Assembly (NCBI GenBank): GCA_037140715.1
Contig: JBAXDX010000001.1
Span: 8,000 to 71,999 of the forward strand
Origin: Ignavibacteria bacterium
GTDB taxonomy: Bacteria; Bacteroidota; Ignavibacteria; Ignavibacteriales; SURF-24
DNA: 64,000 bases
Reading direction: 5' to 3'
Part shown: positions 47,218-57,481 of the stretch, piece by piece
Position numbering within the stretch: the stretch's first letter is position 1
How the letters are laid out: every line of letters begins with the position of its first letter
Notes under the pieces: generated by a model
Seen by the model: only the letters and a program-made list of their open reading frames with translations
Told to the model about the DNA's origin: nothing
The model's database searches: none
Position numbers and translations under genes: made by a program

Positions 47218-50200
47218 TCAGTCCTGTGCCTCTGAATCATAGTTCAGTACAGGGGAGAGCCATTTTTCTGTTTCTTTCAGACTCATACCCTTGCGCCTGT
47301 GGTAATCTGTTACCTGGTCTTTGCCAATCCCGCCGAGACCAAAATACTTCGATTCAGGGTGCGCGAAGTATAGTCCGCTTACAGAAGCCGCCGGATACAT
47401 CGCAAGATTCTCCGTCAGCCGGATTGATGTATTCTTCTCTGCCTGCAGCAGTTCAAACAGCGCTCTTTTCTCTGTATGGTCTGGCTGCGCCGGATAACCC
47501 GGAGCGGGACGGATACCGGCATACTTTTCTTTAACCAGCCCGGCACCGGTGAAGCTTTCTTCAGGAGCGTATGCCCAGTATTTCTTACGCACAAGTTCGT
47601 GCAGACGCTCGGCAAAGGCTTCGGCAAGGCGGTCGGCCGCTGCCTTTATCATTATGATGTTATAATCGTCATGTTCTTTTTCGAACTTTTCGATTAAGGA
47701 TTCAATGCCAATACCGGCAGTAACGGCAAAGCCTCCGATATAATCGCGGCGTCCCGATTCCTTTGGCGCAATGAAATCTGACAGGGCAATATTCGGCACG
47801 CCCCTGCTCTTAAGGCTCTGCTGACGCAGCGTATGGAATGTGGTTAATATCCCGTTGGCGGATTCATCGGAATAGACTTCTATATCATCCCCAGCGCTGT
47901 TTGCAGGGAAAAGCCCTATTACGCCGCTGGCTTTAAGAAGACGCTCTTCAATTACTTTATCGAGAAGTCTGCGGGCATCATCAAATAATTTCTTTGCTTC
48001 CTTTCCATATTCCGCATGTTCGAATACTTCAGGATAATGCCCTTTTATTTCCCAGGTTGTGAAGAAGGGAGTCCAGTCGATATATTTTCTTAACTCTTCC
48101 AGCGGATAATCGTTTAAGACTGTAATCCCCAACGTTTCAGGTTTTACTATGCATGCCTTATCCCAGTCAAAACTAAGCTTGTTGGCGCGGGCTTCTTTAA
48201 TAGGGATGAAATTCTTCGCAGCCTGCTTTTTCTTATGGTCTTCCCTTAGCTTTTCATATTCGGTTTTAATTTTACCGGTAAATTCATCATAGTTATTAGA
48301 ATTAATAAGATTATTAACAACCGGCACACTCCTGGAAGCATCAATCACGTGAATAACCGGTCCGCTGTAGTTAGGCGCAATCTTAACCGCCGTATGAACG
48401 CGTGAGGTAGTCGCCCCGCCGATAAGCAACGGCAGTTTAAGTCCGAGCCGCTCCATTTCTTTTGCCACATCCACCATTTCATCAAGCGACGGGGTGATAA
48501 GTCCGCTGAGACCAATTACATCAACATTCAGGTCTGTGGCGGACTGAAGTATCTTTGCCGCCGAAACCATTACGCCAAGGTCAATTACCTCATAATTATT
48601 ACAGCCAAGCACTACGCTTACAATATTTTTACCGATATCATGAACATCCCCCTTAACGGTTGCCATAAGTATTTTACCGACAGCACGGTGTTCGGATGAT
48701 TTTGCTTTTTCTTCCTCAATGTACGGAATAAGATACGCAACTGACTTCTTCATTACGCGCGCACTTTTTACAACCTGAGGCAGAAACATCTTGCCGGAGC
48801 CAAACAAATCGCCCACAACGTTCATTCCGCCCATCAGAGGACCTTCGATTACATCAAGCGGACTTGAAGATTTTGCACGGGCTTCTTCGGTGTCTTCTTC
48901 GATATAGTCAGCAATGCCTTTTATCAGCGCGTGTTTCAGACGCTCTTCTACCGGAGCTTCGCGCCAGGCGTCTTCTTTTACCAGGGACTTATCCCTTTGT
49001 TTTACGTTTTCCGCAAACTCAACCAGACGCTCTGTGGCATCGGGACTTCGGTTAAAAAGCACATCTTCAACAAGCGCAAGCAGGTCTTTCGGAACTTCTT
49101 CATAAACATCAAGCTGTCCTGCATTAACTATGCCCATATCAAGCCCTGCCTGAACTGCATGGTAAAGGAAAGCTGTGTGTATAGCTTCGCGGACACGGTC
49201 ATTGCCTCTGAATGAAAATGATATATTGCTTATACCTCCGCTGACTTTTGCCAGAGGAAGATGCATCTTAATCCATTTTGTGGCTTCAAAGAAATTAACA
49301 GCATAATTATTATGCTCTTCTATTCCTGTCGCAACGGTAAGAATATTCGGGTCAAAGATAATATCCTGCGGCGGGAAACCAACTTCCTCTGTAAGTATTT
49401 TATAAGCGCGTTCGCATACTTCAATCTTTCTTTCAAAGGTATCAGCCTGCCCCCGTTCGTCAAAAGCCATTACGACCGCCGCCGCGCCGTACTGCATTAC
49501 CTTCCGCGCACGCTGTTTAAATACTTCCACGCCTTCCTTCATACTGATGGAATTAACTATACATTTGCCCTGGAAGCATTTAAGCCCGGCTTCAATAACC
49601 GTCCACTTTGACGAGTCAATCATAAGCGGGAGTTTTGCAATGTCCGGTTCGCTTCCGATCAGGTAAATAAACTTTGTCATTGCCTTTTCGGAATCAAGCA
49701 GACCTTCATCCATATTTATATCGAGAACCTGAGCACCGCCTTCAACCTGCTGGCGCGCTACGGACAAAGCTTCTTCATAATTTTCAGATAGTATCAGTCT
49801 CGCAAATTTCTTTGAGCCGGTAACATTTGTTCTTTCTCCGATATTTATAAAGTTTGATTCGGGTCTTATTACCAATGGCTCAAGTCCGCTTAGCCTCAGG
49901 TATGGTTCTGTCTGATGAAGTTTTCTTGGGGTCAGCCCTGAAACGATATCGGCAATCTCGCCTATATGATCAGGTGTAGTACCGCAGCATCCTCCGACAA
50001 TATTGATAAAACCACTATCGGCGAAGTCTTTGAGAATAGCTGCCATATCGCGCGCAGTTTCATCGTATCCGCCAAATTCATTTGGCAGACCGGCATTCGG
50101 ATAAAGACTTACATAGCAATTTGCAAGGCGCGAAAGCTCCTGAATATAGGGTCTCATCTGCCTTGAACCCAGTGCACAGTTTAATCCGACACTTAAAAGA

Positions 50201-50928
50201 TTTTTTGTATGTGAAACTGAAATCCAGAATGCCTCGGTAGTCTGTCCGGAAAGTGTACGTCCGCTCTGATCGACAATTGTTCCTGATATCATTACAGGCA
50301 GGTCAGCACCGGTTTCTTCAAAATATTTTTCAATTGCGAATATTGCCGTCCTGGCATTTAGAGTATCGAATATAGTCTCAACAAGCAGAATATCAACACC
50401 GCCTTCGACAAGTCCCTTAACCTGCTCATAATAAGCATCGACAAGCTGGTCAAATGTAATGGCTCGGTAGCCGGGATCGTTTACATCGGGCGAAAGTGAA
50501 GCTGTTTTATTTGTCGGGCCTAACGCACCGGCTACAAATCTGGGCTTATCGGGAGTCTTATTTGTATATTCTATTGCCGCTTCCTTTGCAAGGCGCGCAG
50601 CTTCAAAATTTATTTCATAAACGAGTTCTTCGGTTTTATAATCAGCCTGTGCAAGCGAAGTCCCGTTGAATGTATTTGTCTCGACTATATCTGAACCCGC
50701 CTCATAATAAGCACGGTGAATATTTTTAATTATCTCAGGCCGGGTAAGACATAAGATATCATTATTGCCTTTAAGGTCATGCGGATGATACTTAAAGCGC
50801 TCTCCTCTGAAATCGCTTTCTATAAGTTTATGACGCTGAATCATTGTTCCCATGGCTCCATCGAGAACAAGTATATGCTTTTCTAGTAAACCAGACAAAT
50901 ACTGGAATGTTGTTATCATCGTTGACAC
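47218..50928 (-). CDS. metH: cobalamin-dependent methionine synthase
   Basis: 1236 aa with all modules: Hcy-binding (..GAMGTM..), pterin-binding, B12-binding (..[10 protein letters not shown]..) and the AdoMet activation domain. Confidence 0.97.
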   Translation of the reverse strand: MSTMITTFQYLSGLLEKHILVLDGAMGTMIQRHKLIESDFRGERFKYHPHDLKGNNDILCLTRPEIIKNIHRAYYEAGSDIVETNTFNGTSLAQADYKTEELVYEINFEAARLAKEAAIEYTNKTPDKPRFVAGALGPTNKTASLSPDVNDPGYRAITFDQLVDAYYEQVKGLVEGGVDILLVETIFDTLNARTAIFAIEKYFEETGADLPVMISGTIVDQSGRTLSGQTTEAFWISVSHTKNLLSVGLNCALGSRQMRPYIQELSRLANCYVSLYPNAGLPNEFGGYDETARDMAAILKDFADSGFINIVGGCCGTTPDHIGEIADIVSGLTPRKLHQTEPYLRLSGLEPLVIRPESNFINIGERTNVTGSKKFARLILSENYEEALSVARQQVEGGAQVLDINMDEGLLDSEKAMTKFIYLIGSEPDIAKLPLMIDSSKWTVIEAGLKCFQGKCIVNSISMKEGVEVFKQRARKVMQYGAAAVVMAFDERGQADTFERKIEVCERAYKILTEEVGFPPQDIIFDPNILTVATGIEEHNNYAVNFFEATKWIKMHLPLAKVSGGISNISFSFRGNDRVREAIHTAFLYHAVQAGLDMGIVNAGQLDVYEEVPKDLLALVEDVLFNRSPDATERLVEFAENVKQRDKSLVKEDAWREAPVEERLKHALIKGIADYIEEDTEEARAKSSSPLDVIEGPLMGGMNVVGDLFGSGKMFLPQVVKSARVMKKSVAYLIPYIEEEKAKSSEHRAVGKILMATVKGDVHDIGKNIVSVVLGCNNYEVIDLGVMVSAAKILQSATDLNVDVIGLSGLITPSLDEMVDVAKEMERLGLKLPLLIGGATTSRVHTAVKIAPNYSGPVIHVIDASRSVPVVNNLINSNNYDEFTGKIKTEYEKLREDHKKKQAAKNFIPIKEARANKLSFDWDKACIVKPETLGITVLNDYPLEELRKYIDWTPFFTTWEIKGHYPEVFEHAEYGKEAKKLFDDARRLLDKVIEERLLKASGVIGLFPANSAGDDIEVYSDESANGILTTFHTLRQQSLKSRGVPNIALSDFIAPKESGRRDYIGGFAVTAGIGIESLIEKFEKEHDDYNIIMIKAAADRLAEAFAERLHELVRKKYWAYAPEESFTGAGLVKEKYAGIRPAPGYPAQPDHTEKRALFELLQAEKNTSIRLTENLAMYPAASVSGLYFAHPESKYFGLGGIGKDQVTDYHRRKGMSLKETEKWLSPVLNYDSEAQD

Positions 50929-51031
50929 CGCTTTATTATATCGTAATTATTTAGATAAAGTTTTTGAAAACTAACAATAATATACTTAAATTAGACCTCA
51001 ATTAAAATTATTAACGTAGTGGGGATGTATC

Positions 51032-52003
51032 ATGATTATTGTAACTGGTGGCGCGGGATTTATTGGTAGCGCTATTATCTGGCGGTTAAATCAGATGGGC
51101 GAGGAAAATATTATTATAGTTGATTCACTCGGTACCGGAGAAAAGTGGAAGAATCTTATTGGATTAAAATATACCGACATTTATCATAAAACTGATTTTT
51201 TAGATAAAATCATGGAAGATAATCTGCCGTTTGCAGTTGAAGCCATCATACACATGGGAGCCTGTTCTTCCACAACGGAGAAAAATGCTGATTATTTAAT
51301 CAGCAATAATTACAGATACACAATCGAGCTTGCAAGGTACTGCCTGCCACGTAAGTCGAGATTTATCTATGCATCTTCTGCCGCCACCTACGGAGATGGC
51401 TCAAACGGCTATATGGATGATGAAAACAGCTTATCATCTCTCCATTCTCTTAATATGTACGGTTACTCAAAGCATTTGTTCGACCTCTGGGCAAAACGCC
51501 TGATGATCATTGATAAAATAGCAGGGCTTAAATTCTTTAATGTCTATGGCCCAAATGAAGCACATAAGGGCGATATGAGAAGCGTTGTGCATAAGGCTTT
51601 TGAACAAATCAGAGATACAGGAAAAGTTAATCTCTTCAGGTCCTATAACGAACAGTACAAGGACGGTGAACAGATGCGCGACTTTATTTACATAAAGGAT
51701 GTAGTTGATATGGTAATATTTTTCCTTGAGAAAAAGGATAAAAACGGACTCTATAATATCGGAACAGGCAAAGCGCGCACATGGAATGATCTTACAGGTT
51801 CAATCTTTTCAGCACTTGGTCAGAAGACTAATATTGAGTATATCGATATGCCGGAACATCTTAAGAATAAATACCAGTACTTTACTGAAGCCAGCATAGA
51901 TAAGCTTAGAGCCGCGGGCTACGATAAACCGTTAACTTCGCTTGAAGACGGCGTGACTGATTATGTTAAGAATTATCTGTCAGTAAATAAATTCCTTGAA
52001 TAA
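51032..52003 (+). CDS. hldD: ADP-L-glycero-D-manno-heptose 6-epimerase
   Basis: 323 aa. MIIVTGGAGFIGS..., ..ASSAATYG.. and ..YGYSK.. are collinear with E. coli HldD/RfaD. Confidence 0.92.
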   Translation: MIIVTGGAGFIGSAIIWRLNQMGEENIIIVDSLGTGEKWKNLIGLKYTDIYHKTDFLDKIMEDNLPFAVEAIIHMGACSSTTEKNADYLISNNYRYTIELARYCLPRKSRFIYASSAATYGDGSNGYMDDENSLSSLHSLNMYGYSKHLFDLWAKRLMIIDKIAGLKFFNVYGPNEAHKGDMRSVVHKAFEQIRDTGKVNLFRSYNEQYKDGEQMRDFIYIKDVVDMVIFFLEKKDKNGLYNIGTGKARTWNDLTGSIFSALGQKTNIEYIDMPEHLKNKYQYFTEASIDKLRAAGYDKPLTSLEDGVTDYVKNYLSVNKFLE

Positions 52004-52011
52004 CTCCAGAT

Positions 52012-52470
52012 ATGAAACTCGCAACACTTTGCTATGTAAAAGATAAAGACCGGACTCTGATGCTTCACCGCGTTAAGAAGCAAAACGATATACACGAGGG
52101 TAAATGGAACGGTCTGGGTGGCAAACTTGAACCAGGCGAATCGCCTGAGGAATGTGTTGTCAGGGAAGTAAAGGAAGAATCAGGACTTACTATAACCGCT
52201 CCCAAAATGCACGGTCTTATTACCTTCCCTGCATTCGATGGTTTTGAGGACTGGTATGTTTTCCTCTTTACCGCTGACAAATTTGAAGGTGAGCTTATCG
52301 ATTCGTGCGAGGGAAATCTTAAATGGATTAATAACGATGAACTGTTTAACCTCAGTCTTTGGGAAGGTGACAAAATATTTATTGAATGGCTCTTTCAGGA
52401 TAAATTTTTCAGCGCAAAGTTTAATTATAAAGATGGCCGCCTGGTCGATTATCAGGCGGCATTTCATTAA
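52012..52470 (+). CDS. NUDIX hydrolase (MutT-like)
   Basis: 152 aa with the Nudix box GLGGKLEPGESPEECVVREVKEESGL. Confidence 0.85.
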   Translation: MKLATLCYVKDKDRTLMLHRVKKQNDIHEGKWNGLGGKLEPGESPEECVVREVKEESGLTITAPKMHGLITFPAFDGFEDWYVFLFTADKFEGELIDSCEGNLKWINNDELFNLSLWEGDKIFIEWLFQDKFFSAKFNYKDGRLVDYQAAFH

Positions 52471-53021
52471 TTTTTTCCCTGTATCTTTTTTTCAGCATAA
52501 ACCTTTGCCATTAAAAGTCCGCTCAAAGTCTTGGAATCGGTAAGCTCTCCGGAAAATATCATTTCATTTATCTCATCTTCCGTAAACTCACAGACTTCCA
52601 TTCCGTACTCTCCCTCTTCGCGGTTATGCTCGCCCTGCACGAGATTTTTAGCAAGATAAATGTGAAGTATCTCGGTACAAAATCCCGGAGTGGTGCAGAT
52701 AGAGCCAAGCTTAACTATGTTATTAGAGAAATAACCTGTCTCCTCCTTAAGCTCCCGCGAGGCGCAGACCAGCGGATCCTCGCCAGGCTCAAGCTTACCT
52801 GCGGGAAGCTCCAGCAACGTTCTCTGCAAAGGATAACGGAACTGTTTAACCATTATAATTTTACCATCGTCCGTTACAGGTACAACCACCGCTCCGCCGT
52901 TATGTACTGCAACTTCTCTGATACTGGTATTCCCGCTGTTATACTCAATCTCATCGACCTGAAGATCGAAAACTCTTCCGCGGAAAATAATCCCGCTTTT
53001 CTTTACTCTGAAATTTGTCAT
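52467..53021 (-). CDS. NUDIX hydrolase (ADP-ribose pyrophosphatase-like)
   Basis: 184 aa with the Nudix box PAGKLEPGEDPLVCASRELKEETGY. It has a NudF-like N-terminal strand region. Confidence 0.8.
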   Translation of the reverse strand: MTNFRVKKSGIIFRGRVFDLQVDEIEYNSGNTSIREVAVHNGGAVVVPVTDDGKIIMVKQFRYPLQRTLLELPAGKLEPGEDPLVCASRELKEETGYFSNNIVKLGSICTTPGFCTEILHIYLAKNLVQGEHNREEGEYGMEVCEFTEDEINEMIFSGELTDSKTLSGLLMAKVYAEKKIQGKN

Positions 53022-53038
53022 TAAGCCTCTTGTAATAA

Positions 53039-53060
53039 TTATTAACTCATGTTATGCAAA
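53039..53060 (-). promoter_or_regulatory. promoter-like motif upstream of the NudF-like gene
   Basis: The sense strand reads TTTGCATAACATGAGTTAATAA, 18-39 nt upstream of the ATG at 53021. Confidence 0.4.
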
Positions 53061-53099
53061 CTTCAGAATAAATCTCTATATAGTAAACAATTATAAGTG

Positions 53100-53234
53100 G
53101 GTGTACGACAAATTATCCTCTTAATCATACTCATTTTCCCCTAAAGCGATTATGGGTAAGAGTATGATTAAGAAAATTACAGACCATCCATTGTTGTCGG
53201 GACTAACGGCCAAGAGGAGAATTTGTCGTACACC
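53100..53234. repeat. 135-bp nested palindrome (REP/MITE-like)
   Basis: The outer arms are GGTGTACGACAAATTATCCTCTT (53100-53122) and AAGAGGAGAATTTGTCGTACACC (53212-53234), matching at 22/23. The inner arms are TTAATCATACTC (53121-53132) and GAGTATGATTAA (53160-53171). Confidence 0.7.
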
Positions 53235-53310
53235 TAAATATCTCTGACATTTGATTTCTTCATTTTACACTCCCGGATGCATGTACTGTGCGTGCGGACG
53301 ATGGTTGTAT

Positions 53311-53400
53311 CAATGCTGTCAGGTTTCAGGGTTGTGGCGAAGAGGTGTCCATTTCCATATAGCGCTACCCCTGTGCTGTTATATTTTACCCCTTCATCGC
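53311..53400. repeat. partial (left-half) relative of the 46974-47216 element
   Basis: It shares CAATGCTGTCAGGTT, GGGTTGT.G and CCTGTGCT.TTATATTT blocks in the same order. No right inverted repeat was found. Confidence 0.5.
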
Positions 53401-53692
53401 AAAACTTATGAAGCTACGGGTTCTGCTTTGTCAATAAAAATAAAAAGTAACTATTCAGGTAAAAAAAACAGACTAGTAGATTTGGGAAATAATAATTTTT
53501 GGTATATTTGTTACACATTAAAATGAATTGAATCACTATCCAATGAAAATATTGGATTGAAGAAGCAGACAGGGTTACTTTTTAATGATATTTGTGAGTC
53601 TGTATCATCAGGATACGGAACCGGCGGTACAGTTATCAAAATATGCCGCTGTTTACAATTATAAAAAAGTTATAGAGTCAGACTAAGATACG

Positions 53693-54973
53693 ATGGAGAT
53701 AATGGATAAGAAATTGAATCTCTCAAATATTATGGTGATTGATGATACTGTTGCCAACTTAACTCTGCTGAAGGAGATGCTGTCAAGCCATTATAATAAA
53801 GTAAGACTTTTTAGTGATGGATTTTACGCTCTTGAATCTGCCAGAAGAGATCCCCCTAATTTAATTTTACTTGATGTAATGATGCCCATAATTGATGGGT
53901 ATGAAGTGTGCAGGCGTTTTAAATCGGATGAAAGACTAAAAGATATTCCCGTAATATTTATTAGTGCAAAAACAGAGACGTTCGATAAAGTAAAAGCATT
54001 TCAGCTTGGCGGCGTTGATTATATCACAAAACCATTCCAGATGGAAGAAATATTTGCGCGAATAGAAATACATCTCAAATTACGCAGTTATCAATATGAG
54101 CTGGAAGAAAAAAATAACTCATTAAATAATGCGATTAATGCATTAAAAGAAGCCCAGTTACAACTTATTCAATCAAAAACCATGTCTTCACTCGGAACAT
54201 TAACAGCAGGCATAGCTCACGAGATAAATAATCCGGTTAATGCAATCAACTCCAGCAGTATCTCCCTGAAAAGAATTTTAGGTAAACTTAAAAACCTTGG
54301 GTTATTATACGAACAGATTTCTTTTGCCAATTTTGAATCACAATTTGAAAAAATCAAAAAATATAAAGAAGAGATAAACTTAACGGAGGCTCTGGAAGGG
54401 ATTGATAATCTGTTAAATAATATTGACAGAGGTTCTAAGCGCACAATAGATATTGTCCAAAGTCTGAAGACATTTACTTACATGGATCTGAGTCAGAAAG
54501 AGTATATTAACATCCATGATAATTTAGATTCTACATTAACTCTGCTTAATCAAAGAATTAAAAATGAAATTATAATAAGAAAAAAATATGGAGATGTTCC
54601 GAATATTAGATGTTTCCCCGGGAAAATAAGTCAGGTATTTATGAACATTTTATCAAATTCTATTGATTCCATAAAAGAAAAGAATAATACCGCAGAAACA
54701 GGGGAAATTACTATTGGAACAGCATTGGTTGAAAAGCTGACTGATAAATATCTGGAAATATCTATTACCGATACAGGCAATGGAATTGCTGATGAAATAA
54801 AAGGACATATATTCGAGCCGTTTTTTACAACTAAAGAAGTTGGAAAAGGAACCGGTCTGGGATTATCAATATCACATGGAATAATTCGAAGTCATTCGGG
54901 TGAGATCACGGTGGAAGGCAAAATTGGAACCGGCACTACTTTTACAATATTACTGCCTTATCATCAAGAATAA
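53693..54973 (+). CDS. hybrid response-regulator / histidine kinase (REC-HisKA-HATPase)
   Basis: 426 aa with an N-terminal REC (..LLDVMMPIIDG..), an H-box GIAHEINNPVN, and G-boxes (..DTGNGI.., ..GTGLGLS..). Confidence 0.85.
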   Translation: MEIMDKKLNLSNIMVIDDTVANLTLLKEMLSSHYNKVRLFSDGFYALESARRDPPNLILLDVMMPIIDGYEVCRRFKSDERLKDIPVIFISAKTETFDKVKAFQLGGVDYITKPFQMEEIFARIEIHLKLRSYQYELEEKNNSLNNAINALKEAQLQLIQSKTMSSLGTLTAGIAHEINNPVNAINSSSISLKRILGKLKNLGLLYEQISFANFESQFEKIKKYKEEINLTEALEGIDNLLNNIDRGSKRTIDIVQSLKTFTYMDLSQKEYINIHDNLDSTLTLLNQRIKNEIIIRKKYGDVPNIRCFPGKISQVFMNILSNSIDSIKEKNNTAETGEITIGTALVEKLTDKYLEISITDTGNGIADEIKGHIFEPFFTTKEVGKGTGLGLSISHGIIRSHSGEITVEGKIGTGTTFTILLPYHQE

Positions 54974-54989
54974 ATATTAGGAAAATAAG

Positions 54990-56588
54990 ATGACAACAAA
55001 AATGGATTCTGAAAACAGTAGAAAACCGAATGTTCTCTACGTAGATGATGATTTGGATAATCTGAGTAGTTTCAGGTACCAGTTCATGGAGTATTATAAT
55101 ATTACTCTTGCAGAAAGTGCCGAAGAGGGTTATGCAAAATTAAAACAAAAAGAATTCCCGATAATAATTGCCGACCAAAGAATGCCTGGTACGACAGGAA
55201 CACAGTTTTTTGAAAAAATACAGTACAGCTATCCCAAATCCAAAAGAATGATACTCACCGGGTTTAGTGATTTCCAATCTATTATTGATGCTATCAATAA
55301 AGGGCATATATATTACTACCTCCAAAAACCATGGGATGAGCAGGAGGTTAGACTGGTAATAAAAAATGCCTTGGATTCAGTTGAATTCGAAAATAAGAAT
55401 GAAGAATTGATAAGAATACTGAAAGATGCAAATGAACGTTTGGAAATAAGTCAGGAAGAACTTCGCCTGCGAATTGAAGAAAGTGTAAAAACAGAAGCAC
55501 GTTATAGAGATCTTTTTGAAAATAATCCAATATCAATATGGGAGGAAGATTATTCCGAAGTAAAAAAATATCTTGATACCATAAAAAGTAAAGATATCAT
55601 CGATTACAACCGGCATCTTGATGAACACCCTGAGATAATTCACAATTGTATAAATCTCATTAGAGTAATTGATATCAACCAGGCAACTCTAAGAACACAC
55701 AAAGTAAAAGAAAAAAAAGAACTTCTGAATAATCTTCCTGCTTTATTTAAGCCAAAATCCCTGAATGTATTTAAGAAAGAATTTATGGCAATTCTACATA
55801 ATGAGTTGAAACTGGAGGAAGAGACCTCAATTGTAACATTAAGCGGAGAAACACTATATGTTACTATTATCTGGTCCGTTTCTCCAGGATTTGAAAATAG
55901 TTATGCAAGGGTACTGATTTCTATGTTTGATATTATCGGGCGTAAACTTGCTGAAGAGAAAATCAGAACAACGCTAAAAGAAAAAGAGATATTACTAAAG
56001 GAAGTTCATCACAGGGTTAAAAATAACATGCAGATAATATATAGTTTATTAGACCTGCAGGCTAATTTCTTAACTGATGACAGAATGACAGAAGTATTGC
56101 AAACCAGCCAGAACAGGATTCAGGCAATGGCGCTGGTACACGAGTTATTATACAAAAGTCCAGATTTTACATCTATTGATATTAAAAAATATTTCACTCA
56201 TTTGGCTGAGTATTTAGTATGTTCGTATATAACAGACAAAGAACGAATTGAAATTGTGATTGATATTGATAATCTCACTATGAGTATTGATAAAATAATT
56301 CCCATAGGGTTGATAGTTAATGAAATAATCTCAAACTCATTAAAACATGCCTTTCCAGAAAGAAGGCAAGGCAGGATATTATTTTCTATGAAGAAAGATT
56401 CCAATAAAAATTGTGTGATTTTACTTTCAGACAATGGAATTGGAACTCCTGATGAGATAAATACAAAAGATCAAAAAACTCTTGGTCTGTTCTTAATTTC
56501 AAGTCTGACCGAACAAATAGATGGAACACTACAAATATCCGGTTCTAATAGCGGGACAGAATATACTATCACATTTAAGGCAGAATAA
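54990..56588 (+). CDS. REC-PAS-HisKA_2 histidine kinase
   Basis: 532 aa with REC (..IIADQRMPGTTG..), PAS, and the HisKA_2/HWE-type H-box EVHHRVKNNMQII, then HATPase_c. Confidence 0.85.
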   Translation: MTTKMDSENSRKPNVLYVDDDLDNLSSFRYQFMEYYNITLAESAEEGYAKLKQKEFPIIIADQRMPGTTGTQFFEKIQYSYPKSKRMILTGFSDFQSIIDAINKGHIYYYLQKPWDEQEVRLVIKNALDSVEFENKNEELIRILKDANERLEISQEELRLRIEESVKTEARYRDLFENNPISIWEEDYSEVKKYLDTIKSKDIIDYNRHLDEHPEIIHNCINLIRVIDINQATLRTHKVKEKKELLNNLPALFKPKSLNVFKKEFMAILHNELKLEEETSIVTLSGETLYVTIIWSVSPGFENSYARVLISMFDIIGRKLAEEKIRTTLKEKEILLKEVHHRVKNNMQIIYSLLDLQANFLTDDRMTEVLQTSQNRIQAMALVHELLYKSPDFTSIDIKKYFTHLAEYLVCSYITDKERIEIVIDIDNLTMSIDKIIPIGLIVNEIISNSLKHAFPERRQGRILFSMKKDSNKNCVILLSDNGIGTPDEINTKDQKTLGLFLISSLTEQIDGTLQISGSNSGTEYTITFKAE

Positions 56589-57244
56589 TGTTAGATATAG
56601 AAAATCAGCAAGGAATTAAAAACGAGACTGTAAATATTTTTGTGTAAAAAATAAAGATTAGAATTTGTCGATAACCTCTTCGCTAAAATTAACCATTTAG
56701 ATTACTCCTGTCTGTATTCCTGTTCTTTTTCAGAATTCTTTCCATCCTTCCATATCGCCTAATCTTAGCCTGACAGAAAGATTATAGAATTTTTACAAAA
56801 GAAAGTTATAAATAATGAGCATTATGAAACTTTTGAAAAATTCTATCGGGAATAAACTTCATTTACTTCGAATCTGATTTTCGAAAACCATTTTCTATTG
56901 CGTATATTTGCGAAAATAAATATCGGTATTCTGTTTGCTTTGAATGCCATTGCTCAATATTACCCATCAGAAATAGTTTCCTCAGCTGAGTAGTTACGGA
57001 TTTAAAACTCAACATTTTAGTTTTTGGACAGATTCTCCTGCTTTTAATGAATCTGTAAACGGATACCTGTACTGGTAATCCTGCATAACCAATAAAATAT
57101 TTACACATACATATTTTTTCGAAAGATTTATTTTAGATTGTCAGGTAATATTTTATTTTGTTAACAAATAACAACTTATAGAATCCTGAAAGATTTAACT
57201 TGTTCCATCCTCAAAATGTTTCTATTTTTCAAGAAGCATTGAAA

Positions 57245-57480
57245 TGTTGATAAAGTGTTGATAATTATTAATTGTGAAACTATTTCACAATTCAGGCAAC
57301 ATGTTATCTACATGGCAAATATAATCTTATTTGTTTACATGGAATAGAAAAACTCAATAAGTCACTATTTTACAATAAGTTAACATATAAACATTAATGT
57401 TATCAATATGTTGATAACTATTTACTGACAGATGTTGCCTCTATAAATTATTTATTTTAAAATTTAAAATTCTTTTTTTT
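57245..57480. promoter_or_regulatory. oriC part 1: DnaA-box-like cluster plus AT-rich stretch upstream of dnaA
   Basis: TGTTGATAA at 57245-57253, 57256-57264 and 57409-57417. TTATCTACA at 57304-57312. TTATCAATA at 57400-57408. Each has 1-2 mismatches to TTATCCACA. An AT-rich tract spans 57440-57480. Confidence 0.6.
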
Positions 57481-57481
57481 A

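Noticed and set aside
46962-47534. 190-aa ORF on the plus strand
   Set aside because: It runs through the palindromic MITE-like element and then antisense to the 3' end of metH. Its sequence is low-complexity, and it is an artefact of hairpin-rich DNA.
53251-53526. 91-aa ORF in the 670-bp intergenic region upstream of the hybrid kinase
   Set aside because: It is Cys/Tyr-rich and overlaps the degraded MITE half-copy. No start context or family was found.
56863-57108. 81-aa minus-strand ORF upstream of oriC
   Set aside because: The composition is odd, with no RBS and no family. It lies in the AT-rich origin-flanking spacer.
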